Positions 1 through 8,486 of a DNA stretch of 64,000 nucleotides are shown here, one piece after another (positions within the stretch are counted from its first letter, which is position 1; every line of letters begins with the position of its first letter). Under the pieces are notes generated by a model. It was not told the DNA's origin. It made no database searches and saw only the letters and a program-made list of their open reading frames with translations. Made by a program: the position numbers and the translations under genes. The stretch is from Oscillospiraceae bacterium (lineage in GTDB: Bacteria; Bacillota; Clostridia; Oscillospirales; Ruminococcaceae). Location: contig JAZQUO010000060.1 of the NCBI GenBank assembly GCA_045631325.1, positions 10,274 to 74,273 on the forward strand, in the 5' to 3' direction.

Positions 1-90
1 TTTGGCTCCGCCTTCAGAAGTGTTGCCGCCGCAGGCAGCAAGGCCTAAGACCATTACGAGGGCGAGGGCCAATGCAAGAATTTTTTTCAT
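1..90 (-). CDS. N-terminus of a lipoprotein (gene continues left of window)
   Basis: Reverse complement reads MKKILALALALVMVLGLAACGGNTSEGGAK, with a basic n-region, a hydrophobic core and an L-A-A-C lipobox. A GGGAGG Shine-Dalgarno lies on the minus strand at 98..103. Confidence 0.55.
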   Translation of the reverse strand, partial: MKKILALALALVMVLGLAACGGNTSEGGAK

Positions 91-390
91 GGATAATCCT
101 CCCAATAAATTATTTAGCAGTGTTCACTGCCGGTAAACATAGATTAGCACTTTATATTAAAAATATCAAGGTTTATTCACCGATTTATCAGTTTATATAA
201 ACATTGGGCGGTTTTTATATGTATTTTGACAATATGGGAACCGACTTTGTTTTTCCATGACGAACAAATTGTTCCCCGCGGCGGAATATCTTTAAAAAAT
301 GTATAAAAGACAGCGCAGGAAAATATATGAGATTCATGAGCATAATATTCCCGGGACAGATCGGGAAAAGACCGGCTGATAAAAAATCCC

Positions 391-409
391 CGTGCTCAAA
401 TTGAGCACG
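391..409. repeat. GTGCTCA/TGAGCAC palindrome (hairpin; terminator-like on minus strand)
   Basis: The sequence cgtgctcaaattgagcacg is preceded by aaaaaat on the plus strand, which gives a T-run after the hairpin on the minus strand. Confidence 0.5.
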
Positions 410-543
410 AAGGTTGCGGATACTGCGAAGCGGAAAAAGGAGAGACGAAAAACTGTTCTTCGACGACGGAAAAATCGGGAGAAAAGTTGTTGAAAAGCGG
501 GTCGGGAATTTGCTTGAGCACAAGGAAAACGACGAAAAACAGA

Positions 544-566
544 CCGTGCTCAAAATTTGAGCACGG
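544..566. repeat. GTGCTCA/TGAGCAC palindrome, second copy
   Basis: The sequence ccgtgctcaaaatttgagcacgg is preceded by gaaaaacaga. It shares its core with 391..409, 33171..33196 and 61554..61579. Confidence 0.5.
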
Positions 567-725
567 ATTTCAGGAGGGAAAACGTTGTTTTCGCAAAAGT
601 TGCACAAAACTTTTTTGCGGCAGGAAAAGTACGGAAAGAATGAGACAATTCACATAGATAGTTTCGAAAACGAACAATTTTTTATTCAAAAAAGGGAAAT
701 AAGAACTTTTTTACGGAAAATGCAC

Positions 726-754
726 TTGATTTTATGTTCGATTTGGTTTAATAT
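726..754 (+). promoter_or_regulatory. sigma-A-like promoter upstream of the 831 gene
   Basis: TTGATT (726..731), an exact 17-nt spacer, then TAATAT (749..754). Confidence 0.4.
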
Positions 755-830
755 GAAGGGTGCAATATTTTATTATTATAAAAATAAATTTAACTATAAA
801 TAAATGGAAAAATTTGGAGGAAAAGATTTT

Positions 831-1706
831 ATGAACAGAACCCGGAATGCTATGAAAAAAATACTCATGCTTTTCGTTGCTTTTGTTTTTGTTTTTTGCG
901 GTGCAACCGAAGCTTTTGCGGATGAACCGGAAGCAGGCACAGGAATGCTGCTTGAAGAAAATAAACAGGAAGGTTCATTTATCGGCGGAAGCGGAAATTC
1001 AGGGGTGAATTTTTCCGCCCTTGAAAAACAGATAACTGTTGCGATCGGACTGAACGAGCACGATTATACGAAGGAAAGCTGGAGCAATCTGCAGAAGGCA
1101 CTCAACGCAGGAGTCAAGATAATCGGCAGCAAGGAAAGCACTGACCAGAAAACAGTCGATGAAGCGGTTTTTGATCTTGAAACCGCGATAGCTTCTCTTA
1201 CAAGAGTTGATTATTCGAAACTTGAAAAAGCAATAAACCAGGTTTACAACAAATCCGGAGAAAACGCAGAGTTTCATGAAATCTGGAACAAAATCAATTC
1301 CGCGGTTGAAAGAGCAAAATCTCTTCTTTTAAGCGGCGATCAGGCTGCGGCGGATAATGCGGCGGCGGAAATCGAAGCGCTTCTTGCTGAACTTGAGGGC
1401 TTGGGTGTAATCAGCGGCGAACCGGAAATCGTCATCAAGGAAGTTGAAGTAACGGTTCCGCCCACCGACGATTTCTGCAACATTCCGGGACATAAAGTCT
1501 GGCCGGTTCTTTTCGCAATAAGCGCGGTTATAAACGCTGCACTTGCTGTGGTGATTTACTACATATTCTCGAAGATGAAAAATACCGCGGACGAAATTCC
1601 GCTTATAAAATATGACATCGACGATGATTTCGGTGATGAGATCGAGGACTTCGCTGTCGAAACCGAAGACGAAGCGGAAGAAACTTCCGGCAAAGACGAA
1701 GATTGA
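831..1706 (+). CDS. secreted, C-terminally membrane-anchored protein with FIVAR-like helical repeats and acidic tail
   Basis: GGAGG lies 10 nt upstream of the ATG at 831; the ATG at 804 has no RBS. The signal peptide is MNRTRNAMKKILMLFVAFVFVFCGATEAFA. Helical segments repeat (DYTKESWSNLQKALNAG.. and DYSKLEKAINQV..). A C-terminal TM (VWPVLFAISAVINAALAVVIYYIF) is followed by a D/E-rich tail. Confidence 0.6.
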   Translation: MNRTRNAMKKILMLFVAFVFVFCGATEAFADEPEAGTGMLLEENKQEGSFIGGSGNSGVNFSALEKQITVAIGLNEHDYTKESWSNLQKALNAGVKIIGSKESTDQKTVDEAVFDLETAIASLTRVDYSKLEKAINQVYNKSGENAEFHEIWNKINSAVERAKSLLLSGDQAAADNAAAEIEALLAELEGLGVISGEPEIVIKEVEVTVPPTDDFCNIPGHKVWPVLFAISAVINAALAVVIYYIFSKMKNTADEIPLIKYDIDDDFGDEIEDFAVETEDEAEETSGKDED

Positions 1707-1749
1707 TCCAAAGGGGAAAAGAAAGATTTTTCTGAGGTGATTGCTTAAT

Positions 1750-3225
1750 ATGACAGATTTTGAAAACAGCTGGAAACGAACAGAATATCAGACATGGGAG
1801 GAAGCCTTCCACGGACTTGCCCCGGCGATCCGCCAGCAGTCCGTAAGGGTTGCGGCATATACCCAGGCTCTTTATGTAAAGGCCTGCGAAGGAAAATTCG
1901 GAACAGAAACAAAAGAAGGTTCCGAAAGAATGAAAGGCAAATATGCCGACCTTGCCTATAAATGCGGTATGTACCACCAGCTCGGCAAGGCGCTTGTTCC
2001 TCCGGAATATCAGTTCTGGAACGAAAAATTCAGCGAAGAGGAACAGGCGGTTTATAAAAAATATACCACCGACGGCCGAATTCTTGCGGCAACTTTGCAG
2101 GAAAAAGGAAGCCTTTTCGGAAGACGCAAAAACGAATTTGCGGAACAGCCGACAAAGAATATTCCGATGCTTATGATCCGCGAAAGCTGCGAACAGCATA
2201 TGGAACGCTGGGACGGAAAAGGTTTTCCGGCAGGACGCGGAACAACCGCAATAAGCCCCATTGCACAGATAGTCGGTATTGCGAAGGAACTTGACAGACT
2301 TGCTTCCGAAACAAAATCCGAAGATCCTTTTGCAGAAGCAATGCAGGTTCTTATCGACCAGAGCGGAAGCGCCTGGAACCCGGCGCTTGTTGAAGTTCTT
2401 GAAGCTTCCCGTTCCAAATGCAGAGCGATTTACAATAAATACATACACTACACCGCCGCTCTTCCGAAGACCGTTCCTCTTGTTGAAAAACGCAAGGACC
2501 GCCCCATGGGTCTTAAATACAGACCGATGGTAAGCGGAGTTGAAGGAAACGTTGTCGCATACGAAGCGGTTCCCTGGTTTGGCGGAGTTCTTGGAAGACC
2601 CGGCGAAACCGAAGGAATTCCGGAAGTTGAGGAAATGCTTGTCCGCAAAAAGATGGTCGAGGATATTTCCCGCTATTTCCTTTACGAAGCAGCGGATGCG
2701 ATTCTCCGAATCGAAAACTGCGAACTCGATCTTAAACATATCGTTCTGAGAATGCTTCCGAGCTTCTATCAGCTCAGCAGCCAGCTTCAGAACTTCAACC
2801 AGCTTTTCAAGGATCAGCCGATTCCGAAAGAAAAACTTATTCTTACGATTCCGGCGGATTTTGTTGCAGGAGCAGGAAAAAGCGCTTCCACCCTTATCGA
2901 AAGATATCTCCGCAACGGAATCGCGCTTATGCTTGACGATTACGACCCGGCAAAACACGGCGAAAAACTTCCTCTTCAGAGAATCAGGGAGCTTGGTTTC
3001 AATAACGTCCGTTTTGCGCCGGAAACTTATATGAAACAGGAAACCGCAAACCTTATGGATGATTTCAGAAGAGAAGGAATTGTTCTTTTCGGCGGCGGCG
3101 CAGACAGCAGAGACATCATCGGTTGGCTTGAAAGCTGCGGCGCATTTGGAATTTGCGGAACCGTTACCGGAATTATGGTAAGCGAAGACGAGCTTATCCG
3201 CGATTCCCTCATAAGGGAGAGATAA
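1750..3225 (+). CDS. tandem degenerate HD-GYP-like and EAL-like domain protein (probable c-di-GMP-related regulator)
   Basis: HMERWDGKGFPAGRG resembles HHExxDGxGYP, and YHQLGK stands where HD-GYP proteins have LHDIGK. The C-terminal half is EAL-like: LKYRPMVS..AYEAVPWF, LDDYD, ELGFNNVRFAPE. GAGGTG RBS precedes the ATG at 1750. Confidence 0.6.
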   Translation: MTDFENSWKRTEYQTWEEAFHGLAPAIRQQSVRVAAYTQALYVKACEGKFGTETKEGSERMKGKYADLAYKCGMYHQLGKALVPPEYQFWNEKFSEEEQAVYKKYTTDGRILAATLQEKGSLFGRRKNEFAEQPTKNIPMLMIRESCEQHMERWDGKGFPAGRGTTAISPIAQIVGIAKELDRLASETKSEDPFAEAMQVLIDQSGSAWNPALVEVLEASRSKCRAIYNKYIHYTAALPKTVPLVEKRKDRPMGLKYRPMVSGVEGNVVAYEAVPWFGGVLGRPGETEGIPEVEEMLVRKKMVEDISRYFLYEAADAILRIENCELDLKHIVLRMLPSFYQLSSQLQNFNQLFKDQPIPKEKLILTIPADFVAGAGKSASTLIERYLRNGIALMLDDYDPAKHGEKLPLQRIRELGFNNVRFAPETYMKQETANLMDDFRREGIVLFGGGADSRDIIGWLESCGAFGICGTVTGIMVSEDELIRDSLIRER

Positions 3226-3229
3226 GCCG

Positions 3230-4507
3230 ATGGATTTAAATAAATTCAGGCCCAAGGCGAACAAAGAGCCGGAAAAGCTTGAAACTTATATGATTGCGGC
3301 GGATAACCCTGTCGGTCATTCCCAGCTTCGTCCGATTTTCAAACGAAAAAGGACAAGGGAAGTTCTCACGAGGGAACAGGTTGCCGCAATCAAGAAAGGA
3401 CGCAAGCTTCTTTGGAAGGAAATGAAATCCCAGGGAATGCGGAGGATCGATTTTGAGGTCACCGCAACCAATATGGGGCTTTATTTCGACAGAAACCGGT
3501 TTTTATGGCCGTTTTTCCTTTGGCTTATCCGCGACAACACCGTCCTTAAAGTTCTTGTAACAACGGCGGTTATCACAACGGCGGTCACCGTTTCGGTTCC
3601 GGTTATCGAATATCTTCAGGAATTTGTTGACCGATATATCGAACAGATCGTCGAAAGAATCGTTCAGGAAGAAGTTGAAAAGGAAGTCGACCGTTTCACA
3701 ATAAGCCTTTCGGACGAAATGCTCAATTCCGGTTTCAGTTTAAGCGAGGATTTCACCTTTGAAAACGCGACAACAAACCTTGTTGCGGCTTCGGTCGAAG
3801 GCGTTCCCTGTATTTCGATACGCGATATTCCCCTTGACGTAAACGATTACGAAGGAAGATATCCGGACGAATCGTTCTTCGCATACACCTTCTATTGCCG
3901 TTACGAAAGCACCGTTTCCGAAGCCATTGACTATACCTGGTCGGTAAATATCACAAGGGAAGACGAGGTTGTTGTCGAAGACCCGGAAACCCTTGAACAG
4001 AAACATTATTTTGTTTCCGACGCGATCTGGGTTATGGTTTTTGAGGACAACAAAATGATGTTCTTCGCAAAAGTCGGCGAGGACGGCGAAATTGAAGCGC
4101 TTCCGGCGCAGGATATCACCGACCGCGGTTATGAAAACGGACCGCTTATCGAACATTCAAAATTGCCGGAAGAACAGTATGAAATCATTAAGGAAGGAAA
4201 TTATTTCGACTATTACAGAGTAAAGCCGATGAATTACGTTTCCGAAACGGTTGTTGCAACCGGCCTTATGGAAGGCGTTCTTCCTTTTGATATAAACCTT
4301 CACAACCCGGAAGCTCCTTACGACCCGGAAAACCCCAACGGAATCCATAAATACACCGTTGTAATCTGGCTTGAAGGGGACGACCCGGAATGCACCGACG
4401 CACTCATCGGCGGAAGCATCGGAATGAACTTCAAAATCCAGTTCCTTGACGAAGTCACCGAAGAGGAAGAAGGAGAAGAAGAAAATTCCGGCGAGGAAGG
4501 CGCTTAA
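3230..4507 (+). CDS. membrane protein with cytoplasmic basic N-terminus, internal TM region and extracellular domain sharing the C-terminal motif of the TasA-like paralogs
   Basis: TM region is FLWPFFLWLIRDNTVLKVLVTTAVITTAVTVSVPVI. The C-terminus YTVVIWLEGDDPECTDALIGGSIGMNFKIQF matches LWLEGQDSEC..NIQF (7308 gene) and IWLEGQDIDC..NIEL (13055 gene). A 4-nt gap separates it from the upstream gene. Confidence 0.6.
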   Translation: MDLNKFRPKANKEPEKLETYMIAADNPVGHSQLRPIFKRKRTREVLTREQVAAIKKGRKLLWKEMKSQGMRRIDFEVTATNMGLYFDRNRFLWPFFLWLIRDNTVLKVLVTTAVITTAVTVSVPVIEYLQEFVDRYIEQIVERIVQEEVEKEVDRFTISLSDEMLNSGFSLSEDFTFENATTNLVAASVEGVPCISIRDIPLDVNDYEGRYPDESFFAYTFYCRYESTVSEAIDYTWSVNITREDEVVVEDPETLEQKHYFVSDAIWVMVFEDNKMMFFAKVGEDGEIEALPAQDITDRGYENGPLIEHSKLPEEQYEIIKEGNYFDYYRVKPMNYVSETVVATGLMEGVLPFDINLHNPEAPYDPENPNGIHKYTVVIWLEGDDPECTDALIGGSIGMNFKIQFLDEVTEEEEGEEENSGEEGA

Positions 4508-4860
4508 ATTATAATTTGATGGGATTTAAAAGAAAACCCTCCGGGTTGACTGAAATCCCTCATCCGTCTTTTTCGCGGAAAACCGCGAAAAATCCACCTT
4601 CCCCTCTGGGAAGGCTTGAAGTTTGTATATGCTTTCCACTTTTGCTTTAAGTCGACAAAAGCAAAGGAATGGATTTCATAGAACTCCGGCGGGAGTTTAA
4701 ACACAGCAAAATCTTTTTAAGCTGTTTTTTTAAAAATTGCAGAAGCCGCAAAAATTTTTGCAATTTCAAATTGGGGTAATGAAAAAGCGGATTTTTTAAA
4801 GCAGATGTTTATTTTACGAAAAGAACAGCGGCGAAAAGAAAAAATTTATTTTTGAAAGGA

Positions 4861-7119
4861 ATGAAAAAAGACATGGTAAGTAAATCTCATGCAAAGCGTC
4901 GCCAGGATATTAAGACCAAACTTATGGCCGCAATTGCGATGCTTCTTGTATCTTCCATCATGATGGTATCTTCCACCTATGCATGGTTCACCCTGTCTAC
5001 TGCACCCGAGGTAACCGGTATCTCCACTCAGGTTGGCGCTAACGGTAACCTTGAAATGGCATTGCTTCCTGCAGATGCTATCACCGGTGGCAGCGCAAAA
5101 GACCCTAACTTCGGAATCACTTCCGGTTCCGGCGACAGCGGGCTTGCCGATGACCTCAGAAACAAAACCTGGGGCAACCTTGTTGACGTAAGCAACAACA
5201 CCTTCTACGGTCTGGATAAAATTTCCCTTTATCCTGCCGCGCTTAACGTAACGAGCGGAACTCTTGCAGCATCTATGCTCAGAACCCCCGAATACGGTTC
5301 CGACGGCCGTGTTGCAGGCCTTGCCGCAAATACCGTAACCGGTATTTATAACAACGGAGCAAACGGATTCCCCCAGGACTCCGACGCATGGGGCGTTCGT
5401 GCAGTTGGTGTTTCCTCCGCAATGACTCCCCGTCAGCTTGCATACCGCAACGCAATTTCTGCGGCAAACACTGCAATGTCCACAGCAAAATCCCTTGCAA
5501 GTTCTTCTCTTAACCTTAACGGTTCCACCCTTGCAAACATTGCGGTAACTCATGCAACTAATGATGCTGCACTTCATACTGCAGGGGAAGTTACTTCCCT
5601 TGGAAATATTGTAACAAGCCTTACCGGTACAGCAGAAGGCGTTGACGGTATTATCGAATACATCGAAAGCGCATATAAGAACTATGTTCTTGCATGGGTC
5701 GCTTCCAACGCAAACTCCGAAATCAACGATGAACAGTTCACTCTTGTTCAGGCATGGATCGAAGCAAACGATATTTACACCATCGCAGGCAGCACCACTG
5801 TTGATCTCGGCGCCGGAAATACCGTTACCCTTACTGTTCCGGATGCAGTAAAAACTCCTATTAATGCTCTTGCAACAACCAAAACCAACGTTACTTCCGC
5901 AAGCAATATGCTCAGCAACCTTGCTGGCGATGATTCCGCTGGTTATCCTTGGAGCACCAAGGAAACCGGTAAATATGGCATCGGCGACGTTCTTCACATT
6001 CTTGCAGAAACCAGCGCAATGAAAGTTAACGGAATTGAAGTTTCCAAAGTTACAGACGACGCAAGCGTCAACCAGCTTATGAAAGATGTTTCCGGCGGTA
6101 AAGGCGTTACTGTAACAATGGCAACCGGCGGCGGCGTTTATGCCGATATCGCAGACCATTGCGGCGATTACAAAGCAGCCATCACCATGAACCTTGTTTA
6201 CGGAAACCTTGAATTCGAAGGTTTGTCCGCAAATATGGCAACCGCTTCCACTATTACCCCCAGCTATCTTTCCCGTATGGGCAGCCAGTTCGGCAGCGGC
6301 GACGGCAAGTTTGATGCTCCTTCCGGCGGCGGCGCAGGTTCCGATATGCCTATCACCGAATATTACGGATATGTAATCGACCTTGCTTTCCGTACCAACG
6401 CAGCAGAATCCAACCTTCTTCTCCAGACCGAAGCAGTAAACCGCATTTATGATGAAAACGGAAGCGAGGAAACTCTTGGCCACGGTTCCACCATGACCTT
6501 CACTTCCACCACCCCCGACTTCACCGCAGAACAGCTTGCAGGTCTTATGGAAGCAATCCGCGTTGTATTCTTCGACCCGACCAACAACAACGTTTATGCT
6601 TACGCAAAACTTGATATGGAGCAAGGCAAATATACCGTAACCGGCGGTAACACTATCACTGCAAAACTCTATATCTATGAGACCACTGCAGAAAGCTATA
6701 ATCTTGTTCCGGCAGATACCGCATTGGTTGAAGGCACCGATTATTACACCAAAAACGGAGACGGTTCTTATGTAAAAGCAACCGTAACTCTTCCTGCAAC
6801 TGCACCCGCAGATACTTATTACACCAAGACCGAAGCAAGCGAAAACCTTCTTAACGGAACTGGTGAACAGCAGGTAATCACTGGTCTTAACCAGAATACC
6901 GCAAAAGCTGTTTCCGTTCTTGTATATCTTGACGGTGAAAACATCGAAAACGCAGACGTTGCAGCAACCGCAGCAACTTCCATGACCGGTACCATGAACC
7001 TTCAGTTCGCTTCTTCCGCAAACCTTGTTCCTATGAACTATGCACCCCTTATGAACCAGGGCGGAACCGCAACCAATCCTGACGATCCTAACAAAGAGCA
7101 GGGCGGCGAAAACGGCTGA
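4861..7119 (+). CDS. TasA/camelysin-like secreted protein with SipW-type signal peptide; candidate major fibre subunit
   Basis: N-terminus is KRRQDIKTKLMAAIAMLLVSSIMMVSSTYAWFTLSTAPEVTGISTQVGANGNLEMAL (compare TasA/camelysin GGTYAYFSD...GTLDL). C-terminal VYLDGENIEN...MNLQFASS is shared with the 19321 gene. The composition is Ala/Thr/Gly/Asn-rich. A strong hairpin follows. The start could also be TTG 4852 or ATG 4873. Confidence 0.7.
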   Translation: MKKDMVSKSHAKRRQDIKTKLMAAIAMLLVSSIMMVSSTYAWFTLSTAPEVTGISTQVGANGNLEMALLPADAITGGSAKDPNFGITSGSGDSGLADDLRNKTWGNLVDVSNNTFYGLDKISLYPAALNVTSGTLAASMLRTPEYGSDGRVAGLAANTVTGIYNNGANGFPQDSDAWGVRAVGVSSAMTPRQLAYRNAISAANTAMSTAKSLASSSLNLNGSTLANIAVTHATNDAALHTAGEVTSLGNIVTSLTGTAEGVDGIIEYIESAYKNYVLAWVASNANSEINDEQFTLVQAWIEANDIYTIAGSTTVDLGAGNTVTLTVPDAVKTPINALATTKTNVTSASNMLSNLAGDDSAGYPWSTKETGKYGIGDVLHILAETSAMKVNGIEVSKVTDDASVNQLMKDVSGGKGVTVTMATGGGVYADIADHCGDYKAAITMNLVYGNLEFEGLSANMATASTITPSYLSRMGSQFGSGDGKFDAPSGGGAGSDMPITEYYGYVIDLAFRTNAAESNLLLQTEAVNRIYDENGSEETLGHGSTMTFTSTTPDFTAEQLAGLMEAIRVVFFDPTNNNVYAYAKLDMEQGKYTVTGGNTITAKLYIYETTAESYNLVPADTALVEGTDYYTKNGDGSYVKATVTLPATAPADTYYTKTEASENLLNGTGEQQVITGLNQNTAKAVSVLVYLDGENIENADVAATAATSMTGTMNLQFASSANLVPMNYAPLMNQGGTATNPDDPNKEQGGENG

Positions 7120-7170
7120 TTTTCAAGCTAAGTCTTACATAAGACAAATTTTTTCAAGCACACCCCAAAA

Positions 7171-7210
7171 GGTTCATACCCGCTCCGGAAATCCGGAGCG
7201 GGTATGAACC
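7171..7210 (+). terminator. perfect 18-bp stem-loop after the candidate major subunit gene (partial terminator or mRNA stabiliser)
   Basis: ggttcatacccgctccgg-aaat-ccggagcgggtatgaacc. No clean T-run follows on the plus strand. Confidence 0.6.
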
Positions 7211-7307
7211 GAAAAGCTTGGTTGGCGGCTGCCTTTTGCGGTTTTAAAAAACGGAAAACGCAAAAGGGAACCTTCAACTTGTTGAAGAATTTTTGAAGAA
7301 AGGAGAA

Positions 7308-8414
7308 ATGCTTTTGGGAAAACATAAACACCATAAATTAAACAAGCAGCGAAAGCGAACGATTATATATTCCTATATGCTTTTGATTCTCCTTTCGTTT
7401 CTTGTTACGGCATCCTATACATGGTTCAGCATAAGCCGGACGCCGAAAGTTTCCAACATGAACGTATATATTACGAGCCAACCGGGACTTGAAATGTCGG
7501 TGGATAAAGAAGAATGGCTTTTGCAGCTTGATTTTTGGGAAGCGGTTAACGCAACGACGGAACTTAACCCGGAAAAGGACAACCCTGTTCTGCGTCCGGT
7601 AACCTGGTCTAATGAAAACCAATGTTTCTATGCGGCGGCATACGGAATTGACGGAAGGCTTCTTGCTTTTCCGGATTGGTTACAGCTTTCGGACGACCGG
7701 AACGCGAACAAGCAGAACTTTGAAGGATATTACATAAAGGCGACGTTCTTCATGCGATGCGGACAGAACGCGGAAATTTCTCTTTCGCCGGCGGTTGAAG
7801 TCAACGAAGGGGTTGACGGTTCCGGAACCTATGTCAGGGGAATTCCGGTATGGAATCCGGGATATTATGAGGAAAAAGAGGATGAGGACGGAAACATTAT
7901 GCAGGAACTCGTCGGTTTCGGGCATGAAAACTCCGGCCAGGGTGCGGAAAACGCAATTCGTGTAGGTTTCCTCATAACGACCCTTGAACCGAACGAAGAA
8001 GGGGAATATGTTCCGATTGAGGACGAGGAACCGGTTTTCATGATTTACGAACCGAACTGCGATATCGGTTACGGGGGACTTCGGGAAGAATATATTCCGA
8101 CTCCAAGCATGGACGGAACGGAAAACCTTGTTGACGTCGAACATCTGATTTTGCAGACCGCGACAACATGGACCGAAGCGGACCCCATTGAAAACGGAGT
8201 TGTAATCCATACCCTCGGGGAATTTGTTGAGGAAAAAACGCTTTTCAAGATAAAGGCGGCGCAGATTGTGCAGATCGACCTTTATCTCTGGCTTGAAGGA
8301 CAGGATTCCGAATGCATCAACCGGGGAAGCGAAGCACAGATTCAGGCGAACATTCAGTTTGCAGGAAAGAACGAAACCCAGACAGGTTTTGTACCAATTG
8401 AAGATAATGAATAA
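7308..8414 (+). CDS. TasA/camelysin-like secreted protein with SipW-type signal peptide
   Basis: N-terminus is KQRKRTIIYSYMLLILLSFLVTASYTWFSISRTPKVSNMNV. C-terminus is DLYLWLEGQDSECINRGSEAQIQANIQFAG. The start is ambiguous (TTG 7293, ATG 7308 or TTG 7314; AGGAG at 7301..7305). Confidence 0.65.
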   Translation: MLLGKHKHHKLNKQRKRTIIYSYMLLILLSFLVTASYTWFSISRTPKVSNMNVYITSQPGLEMSVDKEEWLLQLDFWEAVNATTELNPEKDNPVLRPVTWSNENQCFYAAAYGIDGRLLAFPDWLQLSDDRNANKQNFEGYYIKATFFMRCGQNAEISLSPAVEVNEGVDGSGTYVRGIPVWNPGYYEEKEDEDGNIMQELVGFGHENSGQGAENAIRVGFLITTLEPNEEGEYVPIEDEEPVFMIYEPNCDIGYGGLREEYIPTPSMDGTENLVDVEHLILQTATTWTEADPIENGVVIHTLGEFVEEKTLFKIKAAQIVQIDLYLWLEGQDSECINRGSEAQIQANIQFAGKNETQTGFVPIEDNE

Positions 8415-8486
8415 AATGCAGTAATTGCAATTGCAGGTATTGCTTTTATATATAATGTTTTTTAAAAAGAAGGGAGCGACCCACAA

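Noticed and set aside
215-607. 130-aa minus-strand ORF in the 700-nt gap at the left end
   Set aside because: It is a low-complexity, Phe/Ser-rich translation. It runs straight through both GTGCTCA palindromes, has no Shine-Dalgarno, and its ATG lies inside a T-rich tract. I treat the region as non-coding.
1603-3264. 553-aa minus-strand ORF, plus similar antisense ORFs at 4846..6624, 11293..12999, 13535..14260, 21538..23436, 25700..26554, 38136..39413, 45770..47005 and 49573..50640, and the plus-strand shadows 34034..35485 and 36352..37062
   Set aside because: All are shadow ORFs opposite or overlapping genes with clear family motifs (HD-GYP/EAL, TasA-like, coiled coil, Fe-ADH, terminase, M20, GH13). 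Their composition is aberrant (F/C/R/K/N-rich). They lack RBSs and follow from the same codon bias.
4508-4851. Possible c-di-GMP riboswitch upstream of the major subunit gene
   Set aside because: I looked for the GEMM-I hallmarks (GGCAAACC ... GGACGCAAAGCC ... CCGG) and GEMM-II features. I found only vague resemblance (gacaaaagcaaagg, ctccggcgggag). That is not enough to call, so I kept it only as an unexplained structured gap.
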